In this document: positions 13,073 to 24,890 of the stretch, piece by piece
Layout: each line of letters opens with the position of its first letter
Position numbering within the stretch: position 1 is the first letter of the stretch
Program-made: the position numbers and the translations under genes
The notes under the pieces: model-generated
Databases searched by the model: none
Seen by the model: only the letters and a program-made list of their open reading frames with translations
Told to the model about the DNA's origin: nothing
From: Azolla caroliniana
Lineage: Eukaryota > Plantae > Polypodiophyta
Direction of reading: 5' to 3'
Length of the DNA: 64,000 nucleotides
NCBI GenBank assembly: GCA_043228905.1
Contig: JBHGNT010000006.1
Coordinates: 6,510,001 to 6,574,000 of the forward strand

Positions 13073-15225
13073 GATTAATTCTACATAAAAGCAATAAAAT
13101 TTTGTCAAGCTTCAGATAGATTCACGGTAACAGAAAGGGTGAAATTCTATTGCTAGTACCACTCAAGGAGTTTCTCTTTAACTCTACATTGATGCAACTG
13201 ATATTGCGATGTCAACACTGGCCACATTTTTGTATATTACGTTTACCATAAAACATGTGGAAATATCTGCTAGTGGAGCTTAAGAGATTGAGCTGCAACT
13301 GCCTTGCTGGTAGTGCAAATTGTGTATACATATTGATTTTAGATAAATAAAGCTGCTCTTTTGAGAATAACTAAAGCTTCGAACGTGGGTGGATTCTTCT
13401 ATATGCTGTTCCTATTTAGTTTTGCTAACATATATTCGTAACCAACAAAAAAGTTTTGATGCCAATTCATGGCCACATTTGTATGTCAATTTTGGATATG
13501 GAAATTGGCTAGAATCAACATTCTGCTAAGCTTAAAAAAAATGGTGGTACTCATATTTTCCTTCTCACAATTATGATTCAAGCAATTCGTTCCATGATAG
13601 AGGTTTAACATGTTCGTTTCAACAAAAAACTGTACATGTATGGAGTGGAGAGAAGCCTTCATATGCCCAATTGTGAGTATTAGATGTGCACATGAAAGCT
13701 TCATAAGGAATTAGAGTGTCTGAGAAATGTATTTTGTTGTGATAGAGGAGAGATGGTTTCATTTGTGGTATATGGAAACATGAAGAGATGGACTATTTCT
13801 TATGTTTAGCCAAGAAAAAGTTTCTCTCTTTTCCAATGCTAATGCATCAGAATGTGGTAGATTAGCAAAGGCTCATGTTTCATACATTGTATTTCAAATC
13901 TTGCACCATGAATTATGACATACTTTGTACTCTCTTGAATGTGAGATAGGGCATTGGCACATATGAGGAAACTCGTTGACAATCAAAGTTTTGCCATGAA
14001 AACTTTGTGGGTTTGAGTATCACACTTTGTTACACTACACCACCATTGACGACTTTTTAGTTTACTTTTTACCAAGTATCTACCACCTGAGACACAAGTT
14101 ATAAAGACAACAATGCCAACAAGAGACATCAAGATCAATAAGACATTAGGAAAAAGGGGATATAGTAGAACCCAATAGGAAGCTTTTGGCCAATGGGCGC
14201 CCTACTTTGAAATACCAATACCTTCGTCCCCGCCATACTTGGCATATGCCGAAGGGTGTGCGGGTTTGGTGGGGGTGGATGTCATGTGGTGGGATCAAAG
14301 GTAGAGGTTGGGTGAGTGGTTATAGTGCAAGAGTGGAGTTGGTTGGATCACCTCTCCTTCATCAATTTCCATTTTCTCTTTGGGTTTGGTGAGTAAGTGT
14401 TTAAGGGTTTGTTTTGCTTAAAATTTAATAAAAAGGAATTTATATTATGATAAATAATGTTGAGCCTTAATTTCAGTTTATCATATTAGACTATTTTATG
14501 TATGTATTTAGCCCTAATCTTGTATTGACCACTTGAGCATTGCAGTGGTGAGAGGGAGAGACAAAGATAGAGAGAGGGCCATGGCGAATTGACGCCAATG
14601 AAAGAAGGATTTCCTCAACTAGAGTCTACCTTCCCTCTACTTGCGTTTCCTCAAGCCTAGCTTTACAAGAAGGGCTAATTCTCGGAAACATTCCAAGAGA
14701 TTGAGAAACAATTTGGGTGACTCTCGACAATCAAAAGGAGTATACTTGACTCGAGTAAACCCCTAATATTTGTCAATGCAGTGGATGTTAGAGGTAGAAA
14801 GGAGTTGGGCCTCCTACTCGAGAATGAAGATGGCCTTACATCGGATTGGTCTGTCATATAAAGAGCGTGCACCCACTTCGACAAATGGTGACACTGCCTC
14901 CTCAAGCGGTCACGCTCTAAGGGAGAGGAAACGAATGCGTTGGAAATTATCATTGAATGCGCCATATGTGCATTCGCATTCTCGAATGTTTCAATCATTC
15001 GAGTATGGTAATTACCTTGAAGTATAGTAAATACTATACTTTTGTATTCATTATTTATTAGAAGGTAATTTTTTAAGGTAAAAAGTGTAAAAGGGAAAAA
15101 CAAGAATGTTTTGATATCATACGCATTCGCTTGCTTTTCATTCGTATGAAAAAGAATGTTTGCCAATGCATTCGAGTATATTACATACTATGGTTGGAAT
15201 GATAGAAAGGAGGGACCACAAAATG

Positions 15226-15228
<3 letters not shown>

Positions 15229-15258
<30 letters not shown>
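15229..15258. repeat. (TC)n microsatellite
   Basis: Directly visible. Confidence 0.95.
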
Positions 15259-15260
<2 letters not shown>

Positions 15261-16222
15261 CGCATAAATGGAGTTTCATAGTGTCCTAATTGATCGCAAA
15301 AATCTCCATGTGCAAGTTTCAATCACTAATCTCTATCAACCTAAATATGCAATTCATCATCCCACACCTCCATGACTTGGTTTGCTAGTTTGACCCACAC
15401 CATACCCCTTGGTTGGCATACAAGATCTTGTTTAAAGCTTTTCTGTAATATGGCTCATATTAGTCAATCATCACTCCTTGAGTTTTTCTTTAATATATTT
15501 TCTTGTCCATGTTTTCAATCAATCCTGTGCAGTGTGCACCACTAGGTTGAACCAAGTATAAGTACGTCCTATACAATGTTTGTTAAGACTATGCACCTAC
15601 TAACATGGTCTTAATAGACAACTCATTGGATTTTAGTCTTATTCCACATTGCATCCAAGTCATCACTTCTACATGTGCTAGCGTCTTCTATGAATCATGT
15701 CATCCACTAGTACAAAATCGTGGCAACAAGTCTAATTTCATGTATTATGTAAATATCACATTAACTACATTCCATTTAAGAATACCGAGTAGACTAATAT
15801 GTTTTGGATTGGTCCAATTATCTTATTTGGACATTGAAAAAGCTTTATACTCTTTAGCAACAATATGAAAATGATTTCGAAAATTTTAATACATTTTGGT
15901 ATCCTTGTTACTATGGTGAATAATTATTCATGAGCCCTCATGTGGTCATGCTTCCATTGCATCAACCCAAACATGTCAAGGCCATTCAATGTCCACGTCA
16001 ATGTTTACGAGAACAATTTGAACAAAACAAGTTAATGGTTTGAGTTTACGAACAATTCATGGAAAGCATTCATTATTTGTTTCAATAAGATGAGAAAATC
16101 TTGTATGATTGAAAAACATATCCTTGTTGAAAAGAAGTCAAAATATTATAAGTGAAAACATATTGCATCTACTTTTAGGATGGCTTCTCACATAGTATCT
16201 TTTCATTTAATTGTATCTTCTT

Positions 16223-17069
16223 CTTTTTTTCAAAAAGATTTCCTTTATTAGTATTAAGAAAAGTGCTGGAGGGCTACAAAAATGTAAAATCAGAGAGTAT
16301 TATATACAAAAGAAATGGCCAAGGCAAGGACCATGGGTGTTGATATCTCCATAACGGTCCTTTAGAGGAGACTATGAAAAGAGGCAACTTCCTCCATAAT
16401 TGCAGTAATTTTTTCGTTTTCTTCAGAACAACCTCCGAAGAGCCTGTCATATTGTCATATTGCCCCCCCATAACTACCAATAAGCTCCCCCATAATTCCA
16501 ACAATATATATGAGAGAAGATGAATTATGGACTCATATCGTCTTTTACAACGATACTTCCATAATATCCATAACGTAACCGTAGATATTGTTTTCCATAC
16601 ATGGGTTGCACGCATTTGCTTACGAGGTTGTTGAAAAGGGGAGATAGTAATTATATGTCTGTTGATGATTGTCATAGCCTCCAGAGCATCATCTGCTTCA
16701 TACAATAGGAGACTGGAATGGAGAACCCCCCATACCGTTGATCCCCAAGAGAAGAGGCAATCTGCATTAATTGTCAAGAATAAATAGATAACTTTATCCC
16801 ATACCTGTTGGGCTATTGAGCATGACCAGAGAGCATGCTTAGTAATTTCCTGCAGGTCTCCGCAATAACAACATTGTCTAAGACTAGTTACCACATCTTC
16901 TTTCGATGACTGACCTACTGGTAGTGCTGCATGTAGTAAAAGCCATCTGAAGAGAATATATTTGGTTGGTCCCTTGAAAAACCAAATCCATGTCTAATAT
17001 GCCTTCAAATGAGTGCTCGAAACACCCCACTTATTCCAATGCTTTTGAGTTGCAGGGGTTGGAATATTC
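16223..17069 (-). mobile_element. L1-like LINE 3' fragment (zf-RVT)
   Basis: CCYC..LQEITKHALWSC..AQQVW and TLWILWKYRC motifs; T-run at the 3' end; boundaries approximate. Confidence 0.75.
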
Positions 17070-17689
17070 TTAGACATGAGTAAGGTTCTGCCCAATTTCA
17101 AGTTGTACTGAAAGAATGGAACTTTCTGCAATGGATCCATCATGGGATTGCGTGTCTCGTTCTGAGTTTGTCGTTTTCTGTCTATGCACTGTCATTGTCG
17201 ATTCTTTACACCTGAACATAGGTACGAGTGACCGGTTGTGGCCGGTTTTGATCCTAACATAAAGCACCCTCCTCCTACTTTGTAAGTCTCGGTTAATCTT
17301 CCATGTAATGCTATTATTTTTGTACTAACCATTCTCTACTCCTTGTCAATATACATCTTGAGGATTCTATTTTCCTATCTATCTTGTGTCTCTCCTCTCT
17401 CCTCTTTCACACACAAACACACACACACAACCACAACACATCTCTAATCTATTCTACCGCATAGAATCACACTCGATTATTAATAAAAAGCCATGTTCAT
17501 TTTTAAGTTTTGTGGCTTTCTTACAAAAATGTATTTGCAATTACTCCCAATTGATGTCACCATTGTCATGAAGTTATGTGGGTACGTGTGAAATCTGAGT
17601 GAGACCACTGAAAACTTGAACCAGAGAGGATTGAATGTTTGGTGACTCGAAGACTATAGTTTAACTTATTTCCTCCTATGCATTTCCCA

Positions 17690-18198
17690 CATCACGACAC
17701 CATTTGCGAACTGGTTTTAAAAGGCCAAACACTCAAGTCTAAAAAACAATAACATGGGATGACTATCTAGATGAGTCACTCAGAACACTCAAAGAGCGTG
17801 GGTGCCAAGCTCCTTCACTTCTCTTAGCAAATACATCTAAATATGCTGTAAAGGAGGTATTGTATCAAATTATAAACTTATCATAATTGAAAGTAAGAAA
17901 CTTACACCTATTCAGCATCGATACACAATTCAAGAAAAAGAACTATTTGCAATTATTCATGCACATAAGTCATGGAGGCACAAACCACTCGTCCTTGAAA
18001 TATGTTTGTAACCAACGTGATGGATCATAAGGCATGATAGGTAGATTTGATTCAAGATTTTGATTTCTCTACACGATATTGTAAAGGATCCATGAACACA
18101 ATTGTTGATGCATTGAGTCGTATTCATGAATTTAACATTCCTAGCTTCATTGAAAATAAATCTGATATGTATGAACACCTTCAAGTTGTCATGATGGA
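17690..18198 (+). mobile_element. Old Gypsy RNase H fragment (target of Copia A); probably resumes at ~56969-57135
   Basis: ESKKLTP..RYTIQEKELFAIIHA and IQDFDF..RY.KGSMNTIVDALSR. Confidence 0.7.
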
Positions 18199-18203
18199 GT
18201 TAC

Positions 18204-18383
18204 TATTGAGCATCAAACTCAACTTCCCATAGGGACAATGTTCACACTAGTCAGTGGACAACTTATCGAATAGATTTGTAATTAGTAGAAAGGGCATTTG
18301 CCCTAGAATAGTTGGTATTTAAACCAACCTTTTGTAACTAAGTAACTGAACTTGGGTGTAATATACAATTTCCCATTTTTTAG

Positions 18384-18427
<44 letters not shown>

Positions 18428-18492
18428 ACATGCACACACACACATACACACACAGTCCTTTAGCTGCAAAGAATCACTCTCGATTATTTTCA
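18204..18492 (+). repeat. Copia A 5' LTR
   Basis: Aligns with 56646-56963; ends TTTTCA, followed by TGGTA. Confidence 0.9.
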
Positions 18493-19401
18493 TGGTAGCT
18501 TGACCCAAGCCCATCTCCTTTACATGTGTTGTGCTCATGCTCGTATTCAGAGAGACCCGATTGATCGTTGTAGCAACGATCTGCATAGTTCACATCAAGA
18601 GTAGAGGAAGTTCGACAATGAACACTCAAATGGGAAGCGCTCTTCCCACCAAGAAGCTTGATAGAACAAACTTCGCATCTTGGGAGTACAAGATGCATCA
18701 GTACCTTGTCGGACAAGGTTACTGGAGCTACACTGAGGGAGCTCACAAAACAAAACCTAACCTGACGCACACTGACTACCTAGCGTGGGAGCATGCTGCG
18801 AGCTGTGTGTTGTACTGCCTTGCGTCATGCGTTCATGACCACATGTTTGCCTATATTCGAGATTTGAAAACGCCGAAAGACGCTTGGGGAAATCTCAAGA
18901 AGATTTTTGCGGCCAATACGCCTGCACTAAAGCTCCAACTTCAACAGGAGCTAAACAACATGCAATAGAGGGATATGTTGATCCCCGACTATATTTTGAA
19001 AATCAAGGAGCTGTGTGACGCCCTTGGATCGATCAATGTGATCATCGATGATGACGAAATAGTGCAAACATGCCTCGACGGCTTAGTACCACGATTCGGC
19101 ATGATCAGATCTGCCATTCTCGCAAGGGAGAACCCACCTTCCTTTTTCGAACCATGTTCGACAAAGGAGCAATGCATCGGATGGTTAGATGCTCTACTCT
19201 CACTCTGATGATAGAAGAGGATTCGATCAAGGAAATAGAGGTCGATTTGGTTGAGGGCGATAGGGTCAGTCAACCCGAGAACGCAACTCTTACCAGTGGC
19301 AAGACGATAGGAGCAATGCCAAAGAGTTTGGCAGAAGGGGGAGCTATCCTGCCGGACCGAGCAATCGTAACAACTCGATCGAATGCGGGTACTATGGAAA
19401 A

Positions 19402-19822
19402 TGCAAAAGAATACGTGCGAACGCTTAACAGACACAACCATGTAACAACAAATAAAAGACACGAGACAAGGAAGATAAGGAAGGTTTAATGGAAAGCTTA
19501 ATCAACACAGCGTACGCGGGCGAGACAGAGAGAGGAGACCACAGAAAACTCTATTCCAAAATAATACTCTAAAACTCTGTGCATAGGATGTGCTCAAAGA
19601 GCACTTTTATACAAGTCCATATGGACTGACAGAAGTATTGACACATATTTCAATGCTCATCAATAAGCCCCTACACTAACTCCCAAAAATATATTCCTCC
19701 ACGTAATATCCATCCAACGGCCTCCCGGTTGACGCACCCCTACGGTCTTTCGTTGCACACCCGGTTTACCCACTAGTTTACTCACCGGTTTACGCACCCA
19801 ATGTTGAGCTTGTATCTCAACA
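19402..19822 (-). mobile_element. Solo LTR related to the Copia B family, splitting the Copia A zinc knuckle
   Basis: TG...CA ends; TSD GAAAA at 19397-19401 and 19823-19827. Removing it restores ECGYYGK-LNHYEEEC. Confidence 0.88.
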
Positions 19823-20380
19823 GAAAACTCAATCACTATGAAGAGGAGTGCTGAAAAAAGATATCAGACTTGGCTTCGACTAGCCAACAACTCACTAACT
19901 ACACATCAAATTCCAACTACGACGATCGAGGCAGAATGTTTATGATGAGGCACAGATCACATTCTATGTCGTCACAAGCTTCGACTAGCACCTTTTCTTC
20001 AGACAACGTATGGTTTGTCGACTCGGGAGCATCCAATCATATGACGTCCCACGAAGATTGGTTCTGAGAACTACGAAAGCCCGATCGGCCTGGCTATGTC
20101 GAAACCAAACTCACTATCTAGTGAGGGAGCCCACACATCCGAATCACTGTTGTCGGGGTGGTTGACTTCGTATTCGGGTGTCTTACCTTTGCCTTTGTCC
20201 AAGGTCGTACTTGGCCGCGACGTAGTTGGAAGGCTTGAAGGCACATGTGGTCCACTTAGCTCGGTAGAGTTTGGACGGTCCTTTGGCGAAGGGCTTGGCC
20301 GAATATCATCCCTCGAGTTGATGTTCAACTCTTCCTCGGTCGGGTCGGGTGGAGTCAACTTGGGCTTATACCATGATGTC

Positions 20381-23300
20381 TATCACGGACACAGCAAGCG
20401 TGGACTAAGACGGAGCACGGATGATGAGACTACGACGGAGCGATGACGGAATGACACAAGAGCATAAAGATAGAGATGAAGATCAAGGAGAGAGGATGGG
20501 CGAAACGAGAATACTAGATTGATATGTCCATGACTGGCGTTGTTCACCTTGAAGGAATTGAAGGTGAACTCAACTATTTATACTAAGTGGCATGCATACC
20601 TGTTGCACGCATGTGATACAATAGAGCATGTAGGCAATAGGTACGCATGCATGTGCCAAGTGTAAATAATACAAGGGAGAAATTATGCACAAGATGGTAG
20701 CTAAAACCTACAATGAAGAAGTATATACATGATTATATGCTAGGTGTGTGGTTAACACATAACACTCGATTATAAGATTGTCATGTCAAGAGTTCGAATG
20801 TTGACAATGTCGATTCGTCGAAGACTACGTCTCGACTCACCCGAACTGCTCGGGTCGAAGGGTTATAACACTTTTATGCCTTCTTCTCGGACGGGTATCC
20901 TACGAGGATACATTCCTCCGACTTCGCGTCGGGCTTCTGTCGGTTTTCATTCGGGATGCGTGCATTCGCAATGCTTCCGAACACCTTGAGGTGCGACAGG
21001 ATTAGATTGCTTTTGACAAGGACCTCGTATTGAGTTAGCTCATGCACTCCATTGGTGGTTGTTAACTCTTAGGGCCGGACAATGGCCTAACATAGGGTGT
21101 CTACGGAAGACACTTCACCAAAGGGTGTTACGGCAACCGGATTAGACTCAACGCTTAATCCGACTTAATTAAGTTACTTAGCATGATCGTCTTTCATAAT
21201 CACACGCGTAAGATATAACAATTAAGACAGAATGACAATTAACACAGAGAGATAACAACGCTAAGCTTTTATTAATTAACCGCTATTCATTACATTGTAT
21301 TCGGGCCTTTAAATAGGTTTCCGGTCTGTATTACAAAACGGTGCCATCCGCACCTGTTCGGGATCGGTCCGGATCCGGAACGGCATACCGATTCCGGTCC
21401 GTCCGTCCACACTCATAGCTTAATTACAACCACATTCCTACTACTTAAATAACTCTCCGTTTCCCACTCTGGACTCCTTTGCCGGTCGGTAACACATGGC
21501 ACGCCCGTGGGACAGTACCTTGTACGTCGAATCCACAACCGACCCTTGCTATTCTTCGTCCAAAATATCCAGAATGCTTTGTTCGAGAGTCTCCAATGGT
21601 TCATCTGGAATTGGTTGTTGTTGTTGTTGTTGTTGCTGCTCTGTTGATGTCTGCTGCGACGGGTCTGTTGATGGCTGCTGCTGCTGCTCCATTTGTTGCT
21701 TTGACACTGGCATCTCCGTCGTTGCTCCCTTCGTCGTAGTGGTCTCCGGTTGACTGGTTCCGGGCTGGCCCTCAGCCGGCGACGGTTCCTCATCACTAAG
21801 GTTAACCGTTTCCGCTTCCCGTGCTTTTTCTTCTTGAACCCGGGACCGTTCGTAGCTTTCAAACTGGATTTGAGCGTCCAGCCTATCATTGTCTAGCTGA
21901 GGTACGAGCTGCCTGACCTGCGCCAGCTGTTCATCCGCCAGGACTTGGAAGTTGTCGGCCAGCTCGTCCCGTATGGCGGTGAAGTCCTCGGAAGTCAACG
22001 TATAACAATCATCTCCTTCCTTCCGCCGGTTTGCCACGTTTGCCCGTAGCAATTGGAGTTCCGCCGCGTTTTGTGCCCACTTTGTCCACCATCTTACGGA
22101 GCTTTCATCAATCAAGTGTTTTGTCTGATTCAGCCATGCTCGGAGGATGGACTGAATCCGGCCCGTTCCTAATTGCGATTTGGTTTCTGCCGCTTGCCGT
22201 TCCTCCTTCAGTTGCTTGATGATTTTTACGTTGTCTTCCGCCTGCGCCTTGTAATGCGTCAATTGCCTTTGATATGTGCTTTGTAATTTCTACAATACTG
22301 TTGACGCTCTCTCTTTTTCTTCCTGTTGCTGCCTCTGGAGCTCCATCCGGACCTTCTCCGCCTCGTCCAAGCGTCTTGTATTTTCTGCACGTTCGTCGGC
22401 GATCGCCGTCGCGGCCCGATCAACTTCCTGCTGGAGCTCGGCCATCCGTTCCTTATGCTCCGTTTCCAGCCGTTTGTAGTCCTGGTGCAGGTGCTCAAAA
22501 TCATCTGTCTTTTGCTTGAGCCGTGCGTTGATCTGTCGACGGGCCCGGTCCTCACGGTCCTTCTACTGGCGGAGCTCTTCCTTTAGCCGTTCAATTTCCG
22601 TTTCCGCCGTCTTCCGCAGCTTGTCCTTTTCCTGCAACACTTTGTCTTTTTCCTCCTTTAGCTGGTCGTACGCTTGATGGCCTTTCCGGAGGCTCTCCTC
22701 TGCCCGGGGGAGGTTCTCAGCAGTCTTCTTTAATTCGGCTTCGACCGCTGTCTTCAATTCCCGTTCACGGCTCCTTAGCGCTTCTTGTGCGGCAAGTTCA
22801 TCTCTCAATTCCGCAAGCTCCTGGGCTTGCGCCTCATCTCTCGCCGGAACGGTTTCCGTTGCCGGGGTCTTATTGGTATGTACAGGTCGATCCGTTTCTT
22901 TATTCTGTACACTTACCGGAGTCACAGGTGATTGGATCTGTGTTGTCGTTAAGGCCATTTTGGCCATCTCTGTCGTGACCTGATCCAAGTCTTCTTCTAG
23001 GCACCGGATTCTGGACCGGGCCGTCTCTAGTTGTTCGGTTGTGACGAGCAACCGTTCGCTTTGCGCTCTTTCTTCCGCCTCAATATACCCCACTACTCCG
23101 GCTATCTGTTCGCCTATCCACCGGAGCCACAGGCTACCGGTGCCTTGTTGTGCTTGCACGGAGGTTTGACAGATGGGTTCACTTGTAGATGGGTGGTCCC
23201 GCCTGGTTGCGCCGAGTTGCAGTTCCGTTTCTGCTCGTGGACCATCCTGCTGTCCTGGTTCGCCTTGCGCTTCTTCTTGGCTGGCCGAGGGAGGCTGTAT

Positions 23301-24890
23301 TGACCTTTCCGGCTCTGGCGGGATGGGACTTGCCGGTGTTGCCGGTGGTGCCGGGGCTTCTGATTCCGGTGCCATGCGCACCGGTTCCAGTTCCTTCCTT
23401 GGCGTGGGAGGCTCAGTATGGGGAGCCGGTGTTCCCTTCGTCTGAGGGTCCGAACGTTTCCCGGCTGCCTCAACGGTCCTTGCCGACGACCGTCGTTGGA
23501 GGTGCTCCGTCGGCTCCTCCTCTATTTCCTCTTCCAGAGTCCCGGCATTGACTTTTGCCGCCAAGGGGTTCGCTTCTCTATTCACCAGTCGGCGGAGTGT
23601 AACCTTTACGGGCCGTGCCGGTGGTTCCTCCTGCGCATCCGTTGGCCGCTTCCGGCTGCCGCTCTCCTTTCCCGCCTGTTCTGCATCCGCCGCCTTTCCC
23701 TTAGTGGCCTTAGAGGCCAACAACTGTTGTCGTTTGGAAGCCGTCTTTGGGGTGCCGTCCGCCATTCTTCCTCGCTTCTTGGGTTGGACGGGTTGGACGG
23801 GTGGCACAAGCAAGGTGAGCCACTGCGTTACGGCGTGCCATATCCTCTGTCCGTCTCGGCCTTCTTTGCCGTCTTTGCCTCTGACGATCTTGATCGCCGC
23901 ACACAACCCGTCTGCGATCAATACCGGCCAATCCACCTTGATCCCTTCATAGGTGGCGATGATCATCCCTGCCCGGTTCTGCGGCATGACAGGGGGTCTA
24001 GGGTACACGTGGCCGTATTCGTGGAGCACACGAGCAATCTCGCGGAACAACATATCTCCGCCGCCCTGTGTTCGGTAGCCCTTGCTGGCTAGAGAGTACT
24101 CACCAAAATACCTGATGAGTTGCTCCGGGGTTGGATTGTCAATCGTGAGTATGCCTCCCTCCGGAAGGCCTGTTAACGCTCGAATCGCCTCTGCCGTTAT
24201 GACCTCTGTGTCGATTTCTTTGATCACTTTGTCGGCTTCTTTGTGTGGCGGTACTTCCATCATCATCAAGAAGCCCTCGAGCCCGTGTTGCTTTAGCCAT
24301 GTCTTGGCGGCTTCCGACAGCGTTTGCGGGTCCATGTCTGTGTCGAGGTCGGACTGCGGTGGCGAGGTTGGATGGTGATGAGAGTGAGGTTGAGAGAGAG
24401 AGAGAGTTCAGAAGGGGGGGTTCTCTGTGCGTAGGTTCTCATCTGATGATCTTGCAGCGTCTTGGTGCTTCTGTGCTCCTGGGTTCGCGAAAGTAAAGGG
24501 TCTCTACGCGCAGTGGTTTTTGTCTGTGCATTCTGGCGCCTTTTTCGAGTGTGTGTATGTCGTGTACTAAAATAGCATTATGTCCTGTGGTGGCGCTTTA
24601 AATGCCCACTACGTACCTTTTCGCTCCTTGCTCTTTCATCCATTCATTCCTCGCTTTTGCATGTTTGTTTGTTTTTTTTTTTTTTTTTTTGGGGGGGGTT
24701 ATTATTATTATTAGTGTGACGTTACTTGTCCGTTGGTCCTCTCAGACCCTTACCGGCCTCATTCTCCCCAGTTACCGGCTCACCGTCTCCGCCGTCTTGG
24801 TGGTTGCCGTTTCCCTCACTGGTGTCGGTCCTTTGCTCAAATGGGTTCTTAGGCATCGGTCCTCTATATGGCTTCAATCGGAATCATTGA
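20381..24890 (-). mobile_element. Gypsy D 3' remnant: integrase tail, extra ORF and 3' LTR (~20381-20870)
   Basis: FRLKPY integrase end at 24866-24883. Purine tract GAGAAGAAGGCATAAAAG precedes TGTTAT at 20870. Copia C resumes exactly at 20380. Confidence 0.65.
21549..24335 (-). pseudogene. Retrotransposon extra ORF (~928 codons; globular N-terminus, long coiled coil, polyQ tail) with 2 in-frame TAG stops
   Basis: ORFs 24335-22563 and 22262-21549 share a frame. The interval between them is open except for TAG at 22563-22565 and 22290-22292. Confidence 0.8.

Noticed and set aside
14150-15190. Possible transposon remnant with recurring GCATTCG/CGAATGC motifs
   Set aside because: I could not define TIRs, a TSD or coding homology.
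20871-20998. Alternative Gypsy D LTR boundary at GTGCGACA 20998
   Set aside because: No polypurine tract is adjacent on the minus strand, whereas 20870 has one.
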